From contig PWLL01000072.1 of assembly GCA_003559395.1 (NCBI GenBank), positions 1 to 16,784 of the forward strand: a stretch of 16,784 nt of DNA, read 5' to 3'. This document shows positions 14,226 to 16,784 of this stretch, piece after piece. The position numbers and the translations under genes were made by a program. The notes beneath the pieces are model-generated. The model did not search any database, was not told the DNA's origin, and saw only the letters and a program-made list of their open reading frames with translations. Positions within the stretch are counted from its first letter, which is position 1; each line of letters starts with the position of its first letter. Source of the DNA: Candidatus Iainarchaeum sp. (lineage in GTDB: Archaea > Iainarchaeota > Iainarchaeia > Iainarchaeales > CSSED10-239).

Positions 14226-14894
14226 TTAAATTACTTTTATAAATATTTCAGAAAAAAAATCTTCTTGCCAAGCTTCTATTCTATTATCCATTACTAAAAA
14301 GAGCATAGGTAAAAAACAATCATCAACAACAGAGTCATGATCAACAACATCTAGCATTCTTGAAAAAAGAATTAAATCTTCTTTATCTTTGTTTTTTTGT
14401 ATATTTTTATAAAATTCTTCTATTCTTTCTGTTATATCTTTTGTTTTTTCAGGCATTGTAAAGAAAAGCTCTTTTTGTTCTGTTATTTTTTTTTCTATAT
14501 TGTTTTTAGTTGGTTTGTTCATAACAACATCAACAACACTAATTAGTTCTTCCAAACTAATCTGGCCTTCTTTTATTCTGGTTGGCGTGTTAAGGTCTAT
14601 TTTGTTACTTAACTCAAAAGAATCATCTATTGGAAGTTTTAGTTCATCTTCTTCATCTTCTATAGAAGATAATTTTAAAGAATAGGTTTTTAGTTTTAAT
14701 AAAATTGCAGCAGCTAAAAGCGCATTTGCAGGAACTAACAAATTTTGTTCTTGCATGGTTCTTATTCTTTCTAGATAAAGATCTGTTAGCATTACAAGAT
14801 TAATATTCCACAAATCTAGTTCGTTCGTTTTTATAAGATCATACAACAAAGATTTCCAATTTGGTTCGTGTATAATATTTATTAGTTGTTCCAT
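14226..14894 (-). CDS. scpA: Segregation and condensation protein A (kleisin)
   Basis: ELDLWNINLVMLTDLYLERI matches the ScpA N-terminal motif (D.W.I.I..L...YL..I). Acidic linker, then a C-terminal winged-helix-like region. I prefer the ATG at 14892-14894 (MEQLINIIHEP...). The track start at 14942 adds 16 hydrophobic residues encoded by TATA-like sequence. Confidence 0.8.
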   Translation of the reverse strand: MEQLINIIHEPNWKSLLYDLIKTNELDLWNINLVMLTDLYLERIRTMQEQNLLVPANALLAAAILLKLKTYSLKLSSIEDEEDELKLPIDDSFELSNKIDLNTPTRIKEGQISLEELISVVDVVMNKPTKNNIEKKITEQKELFFTMPEKTKDITERIEEFYKNIQKNKDKEDLILFSRMLDVVDHDSVVDDCFLPMLFLVMDNRIEAWQEDFFSEIFIKVI

Positions 14895-15045
14895 AGTTTC
14901 TCTTTTTAACTTTAATATTATATAATATATTAGTAAAAACATATTTAAATATATTTATATTTTTGTATCAGAAAACCCATTAGAAAGGTATATAAAGATT
15001 AACAACTACTATAATATAATAGAAAACATAAAAAAATGATTTATT

Positions 15046-15756
15046 ATGAAAAGAATACCCGTAGGAGTAAAAGGCTTTGATGAACTTATAGAAGGAGGAA
15101 TTCCAGAAGGAGCAACAACCTTAGTTTCAGGAGGAACAGGTTCTGGAAAAACAATCTTTGGAACAACTTATGTTTATGAAGGCGCAAGACAATTTGGAGA
15201 TCCTGGCTTGTTTGTAACTGTAGAAGGAAATCTTAAAAACATTGTTTGGAACATGCAAAACTTTAATTGGGATATTAAATCTTTAGAACAAAAAGATCTT
15301 ATGAAGATATATAGAATGCATATTGACCCAAGAAAAGAAATAGAAGCACAAATAGATAAAGAACTAGACATCATTTCTTCAATGGTAAAAGACATAGGTG
15401 CAACAAGACTAACAGTAGACTCAACAACTGCATTTGGAGCATGGATACAAGATTCAGGAAAACTAAGAAACCTTTTGTTTAGGTTTAGTGACTATCTTAA
15501 AGACCTTAACTGTACAACCATGTTAACAGCAGAAACAAAAGGAGGGCCAAGAGATTTTAGTGCTTATGGTGTTGAAGAGTTTGTTGTTGATGGTATCTTT
15601 GCAATGTATTTTATTCCACCACACAGATCTATATTTGTTAGAAAGTTAAGAGGAACTAAACACTCTCCTTTAGCACACCCTTGTTCAATAACTCAAAACG
15701 GTTTAGAAGTAAATCCAAAAGACGAGATTATGTGGTCTGCTATTAAGCAATATTAG
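15046..15756 (+). CDS. Single-domain KaiC-like / RecA-superfamily ATPase
   Basis: GFDELIEGGIPEGATTLVSGGTGSGKT (KaiC-domain N-terminus plus Walker A). Walker B-like RLTVDS. VRKLRGTKH and the ITQNGLEV ending are typical of archaeal KaiC-like proteins. Confidence 0.8.
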   Translation: MKRIPVGVKGFDELIEGGIPEGATTLVSGGTGSGKTIFGTTYVYEGARQFGDPGLFVTVEGNLKNIVWNMQNFNWDIKSLEQKDLMKIYRMHIDPRKEIEAQIDKELDIISSMVKDIGATRLTVDSTTAFGAWIQDSGKLRNLLFRFSDYLKDLNCTTMLTAETKGGPRDFSAYGVEEFVVDGIFAMYFIPPHRSIFVRKLRGTKHSPLAHPCSITQNGLEVNPKDEIMWSAIKQY

Positions 15757-16784
15757 ATAAACTTTTTAAGGATTTGTTCATTATCAGGCAAATCCTTATC
15801 AGTTCTTATTTTTACTAATCTTGGAAATCTTAAAGCAAGACCTTGTTTCTTTTTTTGATCATAACAAGCTGTATGTATTGTGCTATTAGTTATTTCATCA
15901 TAATTAATTTCTGTTATTATTTTAGGAAGAACATAGAAGTCTGGTTTTAGGTTCGTGATAAGATTTTCTGGTTTTTTTTGTATTTTTAGAGTTTCTAGTT
16001 TTTTAGATAAATCTTTTATTATATCGTCTGTCAGGCCTGAACCAAGTTTAGCAATCGTACGAAATTGTTTTTCTTTTTCATCATATAAAGCAACAAGCAA
16101 GGCACCTATACCAAGTTCAGTTCTTTTTCCTTGACCATAAAACCCTCCAACGACAACGGCATCTATTGTGTCATAGTTACCAGCATATGATTTTTTAAAC
16201 TTTATCCAACTATAGCCTCTAGAACCAGCAGTATAAAAAGACTCTGGATTTTTAGCAATAATTCCTTCTAGTCCTTTATTAAGTATTTCTTTAAAAAAAT
16301 CATTTAGTTTTTTTATATCATTCGTATATATGATCTCTGTAGGCGTTATTTTTTCAGAAAGTTTAAAATTTTCTTCAACAATTTTTCTTCGTTCTTTAAA
16401 AGGAAGTCCGTAAGTTTCTTTACCGTCAAAATAAAGCACATCAAAAACTTTTAGATGCAAAGGAAGTTCTTCAGATTTTTCTTTTAAGTTATATTTTCTT
16501 CTTCTTTGCATAGTTATTTGAAAAGGAAGATAATTTTTTTCAGAAAGACTATATCCTATAGCTTCACAGTCAATTATAAAATCATGCTTTATTTTTTTTA
16601 TATTTGAAACAATATCAGGAAACATATGTGTAACATCTAGTTCATTTCTTGTAAAGATATTTATTTTATCTCCTTTTTTGTGTATCTGTTGTCTAAAGCC
16701 ATCCACTTTTGAATCAACAAAAAACTTTTGATTATCAACACTTAGTCTTTCAACAATTTCTTCTAAATCTTTTGCTCTTTCACA
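15753..16784 (-). CDS. lig: ATP-dependent DNA ligase, 5'-truncated by the window edge
   Basis: Motif I K-V-D-G-F-R spans 16692-16709. The track's M at 16706 is the GTG coding the Val of this motif. The frame stays open to 16784 (CERAKDLEEIVERLSVDNQKFFVDSKVDGFR). Motif III IIDCEAI, motif IV EGIIAK, motif V WIKFKK, motif VI LRFPRLVKIRTDK. Confidence 0.9.
   Translation of the reverse strand, partial: CERAKDLEEIVERLSVDNQKFFVDSKVDGFRQQIHKKGDKINIFTRNELDVTHMFPDIVSNIKKIKHDFIIDCEAIGYSLSEKNYLPFQITMQRRRKYNLKEKSEELPLHLKVFDVLYFDGKETYGLPFKERRKIVEENFKLSEKITPTEIIYTNDIKKLNDFFKEILNKGLEGIIAKNPESFYTAGSRGYSWIKFKKSYAGNYDTIDAVVVGGFYGQGKRTELGIGALLVALYDEKEKQFRTIAKLGSGLTDDIIKDLSKKLETLKIQKKPENLITNLKPDFYVLPKIITEINYDEITNSTIHTACYDQKKKQGLALRFPRLVKIRTDKDLPDNEQILKKFI

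Noticed and set aside
14895-14942. 16-residue N-terminal extension of scpA (MFLLIYYIILKLKRET)
   Set aside because: It is encoded by TATA-like AT-rich sequence (tataatatattag) that is better explained as the scpA promoter. The conserved ScpA N-terminus begins right after the internal ATG at 14894.
3201-15395. Eleven short ORFs of 60-84 aa in the track: 3201-3386(-), 6073-6267(+), 6379-6615(+), 7749-7955(+), 8684-8938(-), 10063-10317(+), 11671-11853(+), 13173-13364(+), 13964-14152(+), 14500-14685(+), 15174-15395(-)
   Set aside because: Each lies entirely antisense within a gene that has strong motif support. Their translations are low-complexity or hydrophobic strings typical of antisense frames in AT-rich DNA, with no recognisable motifs and no own promoter space.
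1-16784. CRISPR arrays, transposases or IS elements, rRNA, riboswitch-like GC-rich structured RNAs, C/D-box sRNAs
   Set aside because: No regularly spaced repeats were seen. The only GC-rich structured island is the tRNA. The intergenic regions lack paired RUGAUGA/CUGA boxes. The many A- and T-homopolymer runs are explained by composition and Lys/Phe-rich coding.

Overview
This window is very AT-rich and extremely gene-dense: 19 supported protein genes and one tRNA, with non-coding DNA almost only at divergent junctions. It reads as a chromosomal segment of a small-genome archaeon. The archaeal assignment rests on an archaeal-type TyrRS, an archaeal/eukaryal-type GluRS, Trm5 rather than TrmD, an ATP-dependent DNA ligase, a KaiC-like ATPase, and TATA-like boxes 20-30 nt upstream of start codons. 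A DPANN-like affiliation is inference only. Most genes are housekeeping information-processing genes: metG, gltX, tyrS, trm5, tRNA-Asn(GUU), scpA-scpB, and a DNA ligase that runs off the right edge. The parts worth a second look are as follows. (1) A two-gene cassette pairs an AAA+/HTH/PD-(D/E)xK (DUF4143-type) ATPase with a minimal MBL-fold hydrolase, behind a perfect palindromic operator that abuts a TATA box. (2) Two paralogous small winged-helix genes with a shared upstream DNA motif bracket the tRNA-Asn gene. (3) A 734 aa secreted, membrane-anchored, ATPase-less Lon (S16) protease carries a large unassigned ectodomain and a SHOCT-like cytoplasmic tail. (4) The TyrRS has SIAY in place of the HIGH signature, while KMSSS and the tyrosine-binding residues are kept. 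(5) A small NDT/TIR-like Rossmannoid gene is translationally coupled to a HAD hydrolase with a non-canonical motif I. (6) Every convergent gene junction has zero or negative spacing. I saw no CRISPR array, transposase, integrase or rRNA. All homology calls come from motif recognition by eye, not from searches. Several starts in the ORF track are non-ATG codons shown as M and have been re-evaluated.
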